Below, piece by piece: positions 15,232 to 24,690 of a DNA stretch of 24,690 bases. Position numbers and translations under genes: made by a program. Positions within the stretch are counted from its first letter, which is position 1; the number at the start of each line of letters is the position of its first letter. Location of the stretch: NCBI GenBank assembly GCA_039933075.1, contig JBDTOW010000001.1, positions 1 through 24,690 of the forward strand, in the 5' to 3' direction. Under the pieces are notes generated by a model. It saw only the letters and a list, made by a program, of their open reading frames with translations. It was not told where the DNA came from and did no database searches. This DNA comes from Verrucomicrobiota bacterium (GTDB lineage Bacteria; Verrucomicrobiota; Verrucomicrobiia; Limisphaerales; JACPZS01).

Positions 15232-18200
15232 ATGAACTTTTCAGATTTTTTCATCCGCCGGCCCATCTTCGCCGGAGTGCTCTCGATTGTGGTCTTTCTC
15301 GTCGGTCTGATTGCGATGTGGCGGTTGCCCCATCAGCGAATACCCGGAGGTTGTCCCGCCCACCATCGTCGTGCGCGCGATCTATCCCGGGGCCAACCCA
15401 AAGACCATTGCCGAAACTGTCGCATCACCACTGGAGCAAGCCATCAACGGTGTGGAGGGCTCGCTCTACATGTTTTCGCAGGCAACGAGCGATGGGGTGA
15501 TGACGCTGACCGTGACATTCAAACTTGGCACGGACATTGACAAAGCCCAGGTTCAGGTGCAAAACCGCGTTGCGCAGGCACTCCCGAAAGTGCCGGAGGA
15601 GGTTCGGCGTAGTGGCGTCACGACGACGAAACAATCACCCGATCTTACGATGGTCGTGCATCTATTTTCACCGAATGGCCGCTATGACGAAGTTTACCTC
15701 CGCAACTACGCGACGCTGCAGGTCAAAGACGTGTTGGCGCGCATCCCCGGCGCGGGCGACGTGGAGGCTTTTGGCTCGGGTGATTACGCGATGCGCGTCT
15801 GGCTCAACCCCGACAAGGTCGCCGCCAGAAATCTGACGGCCAGCGACATCGTCACCGCCATCGGCGAGCAGAATGTGCAAGTTGCCGCCGGCGCGATTGG
15901 TCAGCAGCCGATGAGCTGGCCAGTCGATTTCGAGTTGCAGATCAATGCGAAGGGCCGGCTGATTTCCACGGAGGAATTCGGTCAGATCATCATCAAGACC
16001 GGCCCCAACGGCGAAAAGACGCTGCTCAAAGATGTTGCCCGCATTGAACTGAGCGCGGGCAGTTACTCGCTCCGCTCGCTGCTAAATAACAAAACCGCTG
16101 TGGCCTTGCCGATCTTTCAGACACCCGGCGCCAATGCTCTCCAACTTTCCTCTGACGTTCGCCACACGATGGAGGAGTTGAAGAAAAATTTTCCCGACGG
16201 TGTGGATTATTCAGTGGTGTATGACCCGACGGTCTTCGTGCGGCATTCGATTGAAGCCGTGGTTCACACTCTCCTGGAAGCCATCCTCCTGGTCGTCATT
16301 GTCGTCATTGTTTTTCTCCAGACCTGGCGCGCTTCGATTATTCCACTTGCGGCGGTGCCGGTGTCACTCGTGGGCACCTTTGCCGCCATGTTGGCATTCG
16401 GTTTTTCCATCAACAACCTTTCGCTGTTCGGATTGGTGCTAGCCATCGGCATCCTCGTCGATGATGCCATTGTGGTCGTCGAAAACGTCGAGCGCAATAT
16501 TGCGCTGGGCTTGTCGCCCACGGACACGGCCAAACGCGCCATGAGCGAAGTCACGAGTCCGATTATCGCGACAGCGCTGGTGCTTTGTGCGGTGTTCATC
16601 CCGACGGCTTTCATCAGCGGGCTCACCGGCCAATTTTACAAACAGTTTGCCATCACCATAGCCATCTCAACGGTGATCTCGGCATTCAACTCCCCGACGC
16701 TGTCCCCGGCGCTCTGTGCCCTTCTGCTCAAGGACCACAAAGCACCGAAGGATTGGTTCGCGCGGATTATGGAAAAGTCGCTCGGCTGGTTCTTCCATCC
16801 GTTCAACCGGATTTTCGCTTGGGCAAGCAACAAATACTCCGCCGGAGTTGCCACCGTCCTTCGCAAAAGCGCATTGGCATTGGTTGCTTACTGTGGACTC
16901 ACACTTCTCACCGGCTGGAGTTTCAGCAAAGTCCCGGCCGGGTTCGTGCCGGCTCAGGACAAACAATACCTCGTCGCCTTCGCCCAACTGCCCGATGCCT
17001 CGTCGCTGGACCGCACCGAAGCGGTCATCCGTCGCATGTCAGAGATCGGTGCTCACTTTACGTGAATGACTTCAATCGTTTCGGACGCACTTATCAGGTT
17101 ATTGCCCAAGCCGACGCGCAGTTTCGTGACCTCCCCGAAGTCATCACCCGGCTCAAGACCCGCAATGGGAAAGGCCAGATGGTGCCGCTCGGCACTCTGA
17201 TGAAGGTGACAGAAACTCACGGCCCTGACCGGGCGATACGCTATAACGGATATCCCGCGGCGGAAATCAACGGCGCTCCTGCGTCGGGTTTCAGTTCCGG
17301 CCAGGCTGAGGCGTTGATCGCGAAACTCGCCAGCGAAAGCCTGCCCAAAGGCGCCGCCTTCGAATGGACCGACCTGACGTATCAGCGTATCCTTGCCGGC
17401 AATTCGGCAGTATATGTTTATCCGCTCTGCCTCCTGCTCGTGTTCCTCGTGCTCGCCGCCCAATATGAAAGCTTTCGTTTGCCGTTGGCGATCATTCTCA
17501 TCGTGCCGATGTGCCTCCTCTTCGCCATTACCGGCGTATGGCTCAAAGGCAGCGATAACAATATCTTCACCCAAATCGGCCTCATCGTGCTCGTCGGCCT
17601 TGCTTGCAAAAACGCGATTCTCATCGTGGAATTTGCGAAACAAAAACAAGACGAAGGCCTGTCGCCATTTCAGACGGCCATCGCAGCCAGCCGTCTCCGT
17701 TTGCGGCCAATCTTGATGACTTCCATCGCGTTCATCGCGGGCGTTTTCCCGCTGGTGATCGCGCGTGGCGTCGGCGCGGAGATGCGCCAGGCGATGGGCG
17801 TCGCGGTGTTCGCCGGCATGATCGGCGTGACGCTGTTCGGTTTGTTCCTGACACCGGTGTTCTATGTCACGCTGATGAAACTCCGATGGAAGAACAAGAC
17901 TACCCGAGCGACGGAGCCGAAGGGTTCATCGCTCGGCTCGGCGGGAGCAACCGCAGGAGTTGCAGCAGTCGCGTTGCTATTCTCCCCCGTCTCCGCCGAT
18001 GCCGGTCTGCTGACCGTCGGACCTGACTACAAGAAACCGACAAATTCTCTTCCGGAAAACTACAAGGCCTTGCAACTCGGCGCGTGGAAGGAAGGCAGGC
18101 CGCTCGAGAATGTGCCGAAGGGAAATTGGTGGGCAATATTCAGCGACAGTGGCCTGAACGAACTGGAATCGCAGGCAATGAGTGCCAATCAGGAACTGAA

Positions 18201-19418
18201 GGCTGCCGTGGCACGGGTGGATCAAGCGCGAGCTACCGCCCGTGTGGCGCGCAGCGATTTGTTGCCCAGCTTCAACCTCGATCCGAGTTTCAACCGCCAG
18301 CGGTACTCGCCGAATCAGGTGCCCAGCTTTGGTGGCGTGACTGCGAATACATTGCGTGCTCCGCTCGACCTACAGTAAGCTACGAAATTGATCTCTGGGG
18401 CCGGGTTCGGCGCGGATTTCAAAGCGCGCGCGCGGATGCCCAGGCTTCGCTCGCGTCGTTTTACAATGTCCTGCTCAGACTCCAGGGCGATGTCGCGCAA
18501 AACTATTTTGCCCTGCGCGCGCTTGACGCTGAAATCAGCACTGTTGTCGGCACGGTGGGTTTGCGTCAGGAGCAGGTTAGACTTGTGCGCAGCCGCTTTG
18601 AAGGTGGCATAGGCAATGAACTCGACATCGCTCGCGCGGAAACGGAACTCGCAACCACGAAGGCAGAATCCGCCTCGCTCGCCCGGCGCCGCGCCGAACT
18701 CGAGAATGCAGTCGCCATTCTCCTCGGGAGCAATCCCGCTTCGTTTCGGCTGACTGCAACCAGCGCGAACAACTGGAATCCTCAGCCCCCGGTGATCCCG
18801 GCGGGGCTGCCCGCGGATTTGCTCGAACGACGGCCTGATGTGGCGGAAGCAGAGCGCCAGCTTGCCTCGGCCAACGCTCGGATTGGCGTCGCCAAAGCCG
18901 CCTTTTTTCCGGTGCTAACGCTTACGGGTTCGGGAGGCTACGTGAGCGCCGACATTGATACGCTGTTCAAGTGGGATGGCCGCGCGTGGTCAATCGGCCC
19001 GAGTCTCTCGCTGCCGATCTTCGCCGGTGGTCGCAACCGGGCGAATTACAAGCGCTCGCAGGCTTCTTATCAGGAAGCCGTCGCGCAATATCGTCAGCAG
19101 GTCCTCGTCGCCTTCGGTGAAGTGGAAAACAGCCTGTCAGCCATTCGTCATTTGATCAACCAAGCGGCTGCTCAACAGCGCGCTGTCACGAACGCGCGTC
19201 GCGCCGCCGGTCTCGCCACCGACCGTTATCGCTCCGGCATCGTGAGTTACCTCTATGTAGTGGACGCCAGTCGCGACGCGCTTTCGGCCGAGCGCTCGAA
19301 CGCACAGCTTTCCGGTCAACGACTGATTGCCGCCGTTCAACTCATCAAAGCCCTGGGCGGCGGATGGCGGGAAGAGGAACTGTTCGCCCAGGCAAACCGT
19401 TCGGGGGAAAAACCATAG
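15232..19418 (+). pseudogene. HAE1 RND permease (MexF/BpeF-like) fused in frame to a TolC/NodT-family outer-membrane factor; multiple lesions
   Basis: RND motifs FFIRRPIFA, EYPEVVPP, LVDDAIVVVENVER, ACKNAILIVEFA and RLRPILMTS run without a stop into TVGPDY, WW.IF.D..LN.L, YEIDLWGRVRR, LLERRPDV and LIKALGGGW. Lesions: an extra C at 15328-15331, an internal deletion at about 17050 (SEIG|SLYVND) and a net +2 shift at about 18373-18377. Confidence 0.88.
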
Positions 19419-19909
19419 TGAAACAGCTTTCTGAACGTTCGCTCTTGCTGCTACTCGCGGCGGTGCAGTTTACCCACGTCATGGACTTTATGATCATGAT
19501 GCCGCTGGGGCCGCAACTCATGAGGGACTTACACATCGGCCCGGGACGGTTCAGCGCGCTCGTCGCGGCTTACACGATCAGCGCGGGTCTGATTGGCGGG
19601 GAGCGTTCATGAGCCTGGGCGGTTGTGCGCGCGACCTCGCCATGGGAATTGAGGCGAGCATCGGCGGGTGGATCGTAGCCAAACAACCGTCCGGACAAAT
19701 TGACCAACTTTCACCGGCTGGGTTGGATGGCCGTGGCGGCCGGTCTTGTCAGCATCTGGTTGGCGAGCCGGGTGCGAGTCAACGAATCAGGTGCATCGAC
19801 CACAATTCCCGCCAAAACTGATGCCCATGTACTCAACTCATCGACGCACTCGAAAATGGTGAACGCCTTTCCCCTCAATTCTCAATCAGCAACTGACACC
19901 TTAGTATGA
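19418..19909 (+). pseudogene. MFS transporter remnant with most of the gene deleted
   Basis: The GTG start overlaps the OMF stop. The N-terminus LLLLAAVQFTHVMDFMIMMPLGPQLMRDL joins at about 19598 directly to the C-terminal helices GAFMSL...GGWIV...LTNFHRLGWMAV, with another +1 shift at about 19697. Confidence 0.82.
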
Positions 19910-20011
19910 AATCAAGCATTGAGTCGGCCATGAGCGCGTGTTGCGCCTGGGTTTGCGACCACAACCGCGCTCCGGTTAATGGTGGCGCTGGCAATTCATC
20001 CAAGTCCGGCT

Positions 20012-21337
20012 TCAGTCCCTCACCGCTGCCGAGACCATTTCCAGCACTCGACGCAGGCCATCGTCTCCGCTGAGGCTGCCTTCGTTAAACGGCGTTCTCG
20101 GGATGGGCTTCCAGTTGTTGCGAGAGCCGTCATAGTCGAATGATTGTGGCAATCCGGTGAGTGCGGGCTCGTACTGGCCGTTGTTACCGCCGAGTTTGTA
20201 GATGACCAGGTCGAGCGACGGCACGATGAAGATGCCGAAGCCGCCCGCGCCCGATTTGTAGAACGCATCATGCGGCGCACCCGCGACGTGGCCGTCCGAG
20301 TTGTTCTCGAACTGCAGGCTGAAGGGGCAATGCGGATTGTAGGGCGAGGGTTTGTTGCACAGCGCCACGTACTCCGCCGGCACGAGTTGCTTGTCCGCCC
20401 ACTTGCCTTGATGCAGCAAGCAATAGCCGAAACGCAGTGCGTCCGTGGCACGCACCGCGATACTCCCGGCGCCGTTCGCGTGAGGCATGGTGAAATCGCT
20501 GCGGTGCAGGCAATAGGCCCATGCGCCCCAGCCCATCGGTTTGGCCAGCCGTTCGTTGATGTAATCCTGCAACTCCATGCTAGTGACATGACGCAGCACA
20601 ATCGAGGCGATGTGCGGCGCGGGCGATGAGTAGGAATAACCCTCGCCCGGCTTCGTCCACAGCGGAACGCGCAGTGATGACAGATCAAGATCGCGAATAT
20701 TTTGTCCCGGCACCGGCTTCAGCGGCGTCACTTTCCCATCCACAATCCCCACCGGCGACTGGCCTTCGCCCCAGTACCCCGCTGTCATGCAGAGCAATTG
20801 GCCCAGTGTGATCCCGGCCTTGCGCGGATCATCAAGCGGGAATGCCTCCGGCAAATATTTTTCCGTGAATACCTTCGTGTCCAAGCCATCCGGAATCTTG
20901 TCGCGAAACTCGCGGAGCATAATGCCGCACGCGATGCTCGTATAAGCCTTGCCGGTGGATGCCATGTCCGGATTCGCGTTCCGATGCGCCCGGCCAAAAT
21001 ATTTCTCGAACACCAGGTACCCATGGCGCACCACCAGCAATCCGCCATTCTGAGTGCACCGTTGCGTGAAATCGAACGCCTGCTCCAGCCGGCGGAGATC
21101 CATGCCGGACGATTCCCGGATTTGCGCGGCATCCTTTAGCGTCCGCCAGCCTCCTTCGCTGTCGGGCGGTGGAAAGTAGTCGGCAGCCTGAACCACTCGG
21201 AGAGCCGTTAGAACCAAAATGACGACCACAAGAGGCGAGATCAATTGATGTGAAGCAAAAAACTCGTCACCGCGCCCAGGACCCGTGGGATTGCCGGCAT
21301 TCCAGAACTTTTCGACTCGAGAGTGAGGTGTATTCAT
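20012..21337 (-). CDS. Secreted serine hydrolase, beta-lactamase class C / penicillin-binding-protein-like family; start uncertain (21244-21391)
   Basis: GGLLVVRHGYLVFEKY, SxxK as ASTGKAY (Ser at 20959-20957), ITLGQLLCMTAG, YSYSS, FYKSGAGG and VPSLDLVI. A hydrophobic signal-like segment LISPLVVVILVLTALRVVQA| is present. Confidence 0.85.
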   Translation of the reverse strand: MNTPHSRVEKFWNAGNPTGPGRGDEFFASHQLISPLVVVILVLTALRVVQAADYFPPPDSEGGWRTLKDAAQIRESSGMDLRRLEQAFDFTQRCTQNGGLLVVRHGYLVFEKYFGRAHRNANPDMASTGKAYTSIACGIMLREFRDKIPDGLDTKVFTEKYLPEAFPLDDPRKAGITLGQLLCMTAGYWGEGQSPVGIVDGKVTPLKPVPGQNIRDLDLSSLRVPLWTKPGEGYSYSSPAPHIASIVLRHVTSMELQDYINERLAKPMGWGAWAYCLHRSDFTMPHANGAGSIAVRATDALRFGYCLLHQGKWADKQLVPAEYVALCNKPSPYNPHCPFSLQFENNSDGHVAGAPHDAFYKSGAGGFGIFIVPSLDLVIYKLGGNNGQYEPALTGLPQSFDYDGSRNNWKPIPRTPFNEGSLSGDDGLRRVLEMVSAAVRD

Positions 21338-21401
21338 TTGCGTTTCTTGAGTTAGCTTCGGCAGGCGCGCGGTGGTTTGTTGACGATCCATGGAAAGAAC
21401 C

Positions 21402-24400
21402 TCAAGGGCGCGCCCCAGCGCGGGCGCGGGCGATGGCGAAGTCCACCAACTCCTGCGAGTGGAAGAAGCCTTCAAAGAAATTGTGGCCCTGGCCTTCGAC
21501 GACGATGAGTTTCACCAGCGACTCCGCGTCCGCCTCTTTGTAGAGACGCACGAACTCGGCGGAGTTCTCTTTCAACGGCACGACCTTGTCTATGTTGCCG
21601 TGGATAATGGCGGCGGGCACATTCGCCCGGGCGAGCACGCCGACTCGCGTGATGGGATTGAATTCCGCCGCTCGCGCGTCGAGTTCGGCGGGCGTTAATC
21701 CGTAGGCGCGCGCGGCGTTGGTCAGGCCCGGATACGTGCGGAAATCGAACACGGGATAAATGCCGATGATACCCGCGACACGGCCTGGATTTGCGATGGC
21801 CCAACTGCTCACCCACAGGCCGCCGCGGCTGCGTCCGAACAGGCACGGCTTCGACGCAAACCCGCGCCGCTCGGTCAGCTCACGGTAAAGCGCGTCGAAC
21901 AGCGCGTGGCTCTTCGGACTGCCGTAAGCCTCGCCCACGTCCACGCCCGCCAGCGCCAGGCCGGCGGCAAGGAACTGCTCGTGCATCCAGCGTTCTGCTT
22001 CGTCAGGATACGCCGGCAGAGTGGGCGCGTAGAAAATCCACGGTTGCGGCGTCGCGCGTCTGGCCTCCGGCGGGAGGAAGACAAACGCGGGCCGGCCCTC
22101 GACGGTGAAGTTTTCACCAGGCAGGACGAGCTTCGACGGCGGGCCGGCAGCGGCGGGCTTAAATTTCGCGGGCGAAGCGGCGCCGAGTTGGTGGATGGTG
22201 TTGTGCATTGTCCGTGTGAAAGGCGGGCCATCGGCCCCGCTCAGGGAGCAGTTGATTTCCATGCACCACGTCGGGTGGAGTTCGGGGATTTCGAGAAAGA
22301 CGGACCGCTTGTCCGCGGCGAGCGTCGCGTTTGTGACGTTCAAGATGCGCTCGTCGATGTGCTTGGAGCCATAGTCAGCACTGCGTTTGAGCGACCAGAC
22401 TTTGACGGCGTAGTTTTGCGGGGCATTGGCTGAGGCGGGATCGAGTGCGTCAGTGAACCTGATCTCAATTCCGTTTGCGCGGGCATGCAAATCAACGGGC
22501 AAGTTTGCCGCCTTCCCCGTGGCGCGGACGCGATAGAAACCGCCATCAGCCTGGCGGTTGCCGGCCCACGCATACATGCCACAGGCGTAGAGGTCACCGT
22601 TCCCGGGATGAAACCGCCCGCGCATGACGCCGGTTGGGAAGTCGGGAATCGGAAGCTGCACAACGCCACCCTGGAGTTGGTCGCCGATTTTTTCGTGCGG
22701 CACGACGAAGATGCGGCCGGTGCCGTAAGAAAGATTGAGAAGCGAACCTTTGAGGGGCCCCCATTTGTCGCTGGTCACCCAGAGCAATTCGCCCGGCGAA
22801 CGGTCCAGGTCATTGGTAATCCAGACCAGTGGTTGCTCCATGTCGGCGTCGGCGTTGCTCTGCGGATGTTCGTAAGCCCACATATTGCCGTAAAAGCGCG
22901 CTGGTAATCGGACCAGGTTGATCCGGTTCTTCGGCGTCCAGTGACCTTCCTGGTCCGTGACGAAGAACGTGCCGTCATCGTTGACGCACACGCCGTTGGC
23001 AGCGCGAAAGCCGTTCGCGAGAATCTCCGTGCGCGCGCCGTCCCTGGTGACCTTGAGCAACGTGCCGTGATGCGGCACAAGCGCTGGCAGTGCGTGGCGA
23101 GCAGATTTGGCGTAGTAGAAGTTGCCCTCGCTGTCGGTCTGCAAACCCATCGCAAATTCATGAAAGTGTTCGGTGACCTGATGGTCGTTGTTGAAGCACT
23201 CGACAAAGTCGATTTCGTCATCGCCATTCAGGTCGCGCAGCCGGGCAATCTGGTCGCGGCAGGTGACGTAGATGGTCTCATCCACTATTTTGACTCCGAG
23301 TGGTTGGAACAATCCGGAGGCGACACGTTTCCAAACAAGTTGTTCGAGGTTTCCATCAATGCCGCTGACGATCCACACGTCGCCATTCCAGGTGCAAATG
23401 GCGGCGCGTTTGCCGTCGCGAAAGTAATCAAAGCCACCAAAGCGCATCCAGGTGTGCCACGGATTCGCGTCGTCGGGCGGGGGCGTGAGTTCATCGACTG
23501 CGAACGGTCCTTTTTCGCTCCCCAGGTTGCCGCGCGTGGCGAGTGGCGGATTCCAACGAGGCGGTCCACCCTTCGTGAGCGTCGTGAGATCCGCGGCCGG
23601 CGACGTCACAAGCGCAAAGGCGGCCAGTGTGGCTGCGTCCACTCCTTGTCTCGGGCTGGCAGTCAGGAGTTTCAGATTGAGCGGCGTCGCAGCGGCCGGG
23701 ATATGAAGGGCATTAAAACCATTCGTCGTGATGAGATTCGCGGCGCTTTGGCCGACTAGCGCGATGGAAATTTCTTCCGGCGCGACCCGCATCACCAGGT
23801 CGCGCGAGGTCTTGCCAATGTTGAGCGTGCGGGAAAAGGCGGTGGCTTCGCCGCTGCGTTCGTACCCGGGCAGCTCCAGGACATGTGCATCGCCAACCGT
23901 ATAGGCGACGACGACTTTGTTACTGTGGAAATAGACCCCTTCCAAATGCGCCCAGTCGCGCGGCAACGGGCCGTACGGTTTGTCATCCCGTCCGTGAAAG
24001 CGCGGATCCGCGAAGCTGCCGGTTTCGGGATTGGCCCAACCCGGCCCGACCGGATTTACGAAAGCTTTCTCCCCCACGATGCTGGCGTGGGTCTGGTGCG
24101 AACCGTCGAACGCGATGCCGCGCCAGTCCACGAACTCGTCGCCGGTCCACGCAGCAGCCAGGCGCATGGTGTCATGGTCATATAACATCCAGACGTGTCC
24201 CTTCGAGACACCGCCCGAGCCATCGTCGAGACGGATAGCGATGCCCTTGTAAACAATGTTGTTCGTCTCGATCTGCAATGTCCAAAAGAGCGCCGGACCG
24301 AAATCCATCCGTAAATATTTCGGGCCTTTTTCGAACTCGAGCATCTCGGCTGTCTTCGCACCGCGGCCGGAGCCTTTCGGCAGGCCGGCGAGATATTCGG

Positions 24401-24689
24401 GAGTTACCTTGAAGTAGGCGGTTGGGTTGTGCGGCTTGACGAACGTCTCGCGAATGTAGTGAATCGCATCATAGCGCTGCTCGGGCGTGAGAAACGTCCA
24501 GGCCGGCATCTGGCCGAGCCCCAGGCTGAGTGTTTTGTAAAGGCTGAGCGGGTCACCGCCGTTCTTGAATGGCTCCTTCCAAAACGGACGCGAGGTAGGT
24601 AGCGATCCAGCTTGCGTAAGATTTCCGTGGCACGTGATACAGATGCTGTTGTAAAGCTGTTCCCCTCGCGCGAGGCTCTCGGGATTCCA
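21402..24689 (-). CDS. Large multidomain protein: c-type cytochrome, DUF6797-like domain, sugar-dehydrogenase-like beta-propeller and C-terminal alpha/beta hydrolase; 5' end outside the window
   Basis: The frame is open upstream of the track's ATG 24509 to the window edge (WNPESLARGEQLYNSICITCHG...GQMP). CxxCH is at 24641-24627 and the candidate axial Met is in QMP. Propeller motifs are GLFQPLGVK and GFRAANG. The hydrolase triad is GRSRGG (Ser 21830-21828), IHGNIDKVVP and GQGHNF. The DUF label is from recall and is not verified. Confidence 0.85.
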   Translation of the reverse strand, partial: WNPESLARGEQLYNSICITCHGNLTQAGSLPTSRPFWKEPFKNGGDPLSLYKTLSLGLGQMPAWTFLTPEQRYDAIHYIRETFVKPHNPTAYFKVTPEYLAGLPKGSGRGAKTAEMLEFEKGPKYLRMDFGPALFWTLQIETNNIVYKGIAIRLDDGSGGVSKGHVWMLYDHDTMRLAAAWTGDEFVDWRGIAFDGSHQTHASIVGEKAFVNPVGPGWANPETGSFADPRFHGRDDKPYGPLPRDWAHLEGVYFHSNKVVVAYTVGDAHVLELPGYERSGEATAFSRTLNIGKTSRDLVMRVAPEEISIALVGQSAANLITTNGFNALHIPAAATPLNLKLLTASPRQGVDAATLAAFALVTSPAADLTTLTKGGPPRWNPPLATRGNLGSEKGPFAVDELTPPPDDANPWHTWMRFGGFDYFRDGKRAAICTWNGDVWIVSGIDGNLEQLVWKRVASGLFQPLGVKIVDETIYVTCRDQIARLRDLNGDDEIDFVECFNNDHQVTEHFHEFAMGLQTDSEGNFYYAKSARHALPALVPHHGTLLKVTRDGARTEILANGFRAANGVCVNDDGTFFVTDQEGHWTPKNRINLVRLPARFYGNMWAYEHPQSNADADMEQPLVWITNDLDRSPGELLWVTSDKWGPLKGSLLNLSYGTGRIFVVPHEKIGDQLQGGVVQLPIPDFPTGVMRGRFHPGNGDLYACGMYAWAGNRQADGGFYRVRATGKAANLPVDLHARANGIEIRFTDALDPASANAPQNYAVKVWSLKRSADYGSKHIDERILNVTNATLAADKRSVFLEIPELHPTWCMEINCSLSGADGPPFTRTMHNTIHQLGAASPAKFKPAAAGPPSKLVLPGENFTVEGRPAFVFLPPEARRATPQPWIFYAPTLPAYPDEAERWMHEQFLAAGLALAGVDVGEAYGSPKSHALFDALYRELTERRGFASKPCLFGRSRGGLWVSSWAIANPGRVAGIIGIYPVFDFRTYPGLTNAARAYGLTPAELDARAAEFNPITRVGVLARANVPAAIIHGNIDKVVPLKENSAEFVRLYKEADAESLVKLIVVEGQGHNFFEGFFHSQELVDFAIARARAGARP

Positions 24690-24690
24690 T

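Noticed and set aside
13110-15335. Programmed ribosomal frameshifting to explain the tetR, MFP and RND frame breaks
   Set aside because: There are no X XXY YYZ slippery heptamers or downstream stimulators at the breaks, these families are not known to be recoded, and the same operon has large deletions that recoding cannot rescue.

Overview
This is a bacterial chromosomal window of moderately high GC. It most likely comes from Verrucomicrobiota (Pedosphaerales/Limisphaerales-like); that assignment is inferred from gene-family style and was not searched. In order: the 3' part of galK (+); an aldose 1-epimerase family gene (-); an intact mutS (-); two secreted proteins (choice-of-anchor Q type and NHL repeat) that share a C-terminal 'SSTxLVxW...F.D...RFYR.R.P' domain, followed by a decayed third copy of that tail; an unannotated 22-aa Lys/Ala-rich ORF with a strong Shine-Dalgarno site; a 47-nt hairpin; a PolB-like 3'-5' exonuclease; three tandem membrane-anchored HEAT-repeat paralogues (the first is broken); and an orphan type IV pilin with a sigma54-type promoter and a terminator. 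Next is a TetR / small ORF / MFP / RND-OMF / MFS efflux operon. Its RND permease is fused in frame to a TolC-family outer-membrane factor, and every gene except the small ORF carries frameshifts or deletions. The window ends with a beta-lactamase-family serine hydrolase (-) and a large protein of more than 1090 aa (-, 5'-truncated) combining a c-type cytochrome, a beta-propeller and an alpha/beta hydrolase. I saw no rRNA, tRNA, CRISPR array, transposase or integrase. The best leads are the RND-OMF fusion with an internal signal-peptide-like linker, the shared C-terminal putative sorting domain, the cytochrome-hydrolase fusion and the tiny histone-like peptide.
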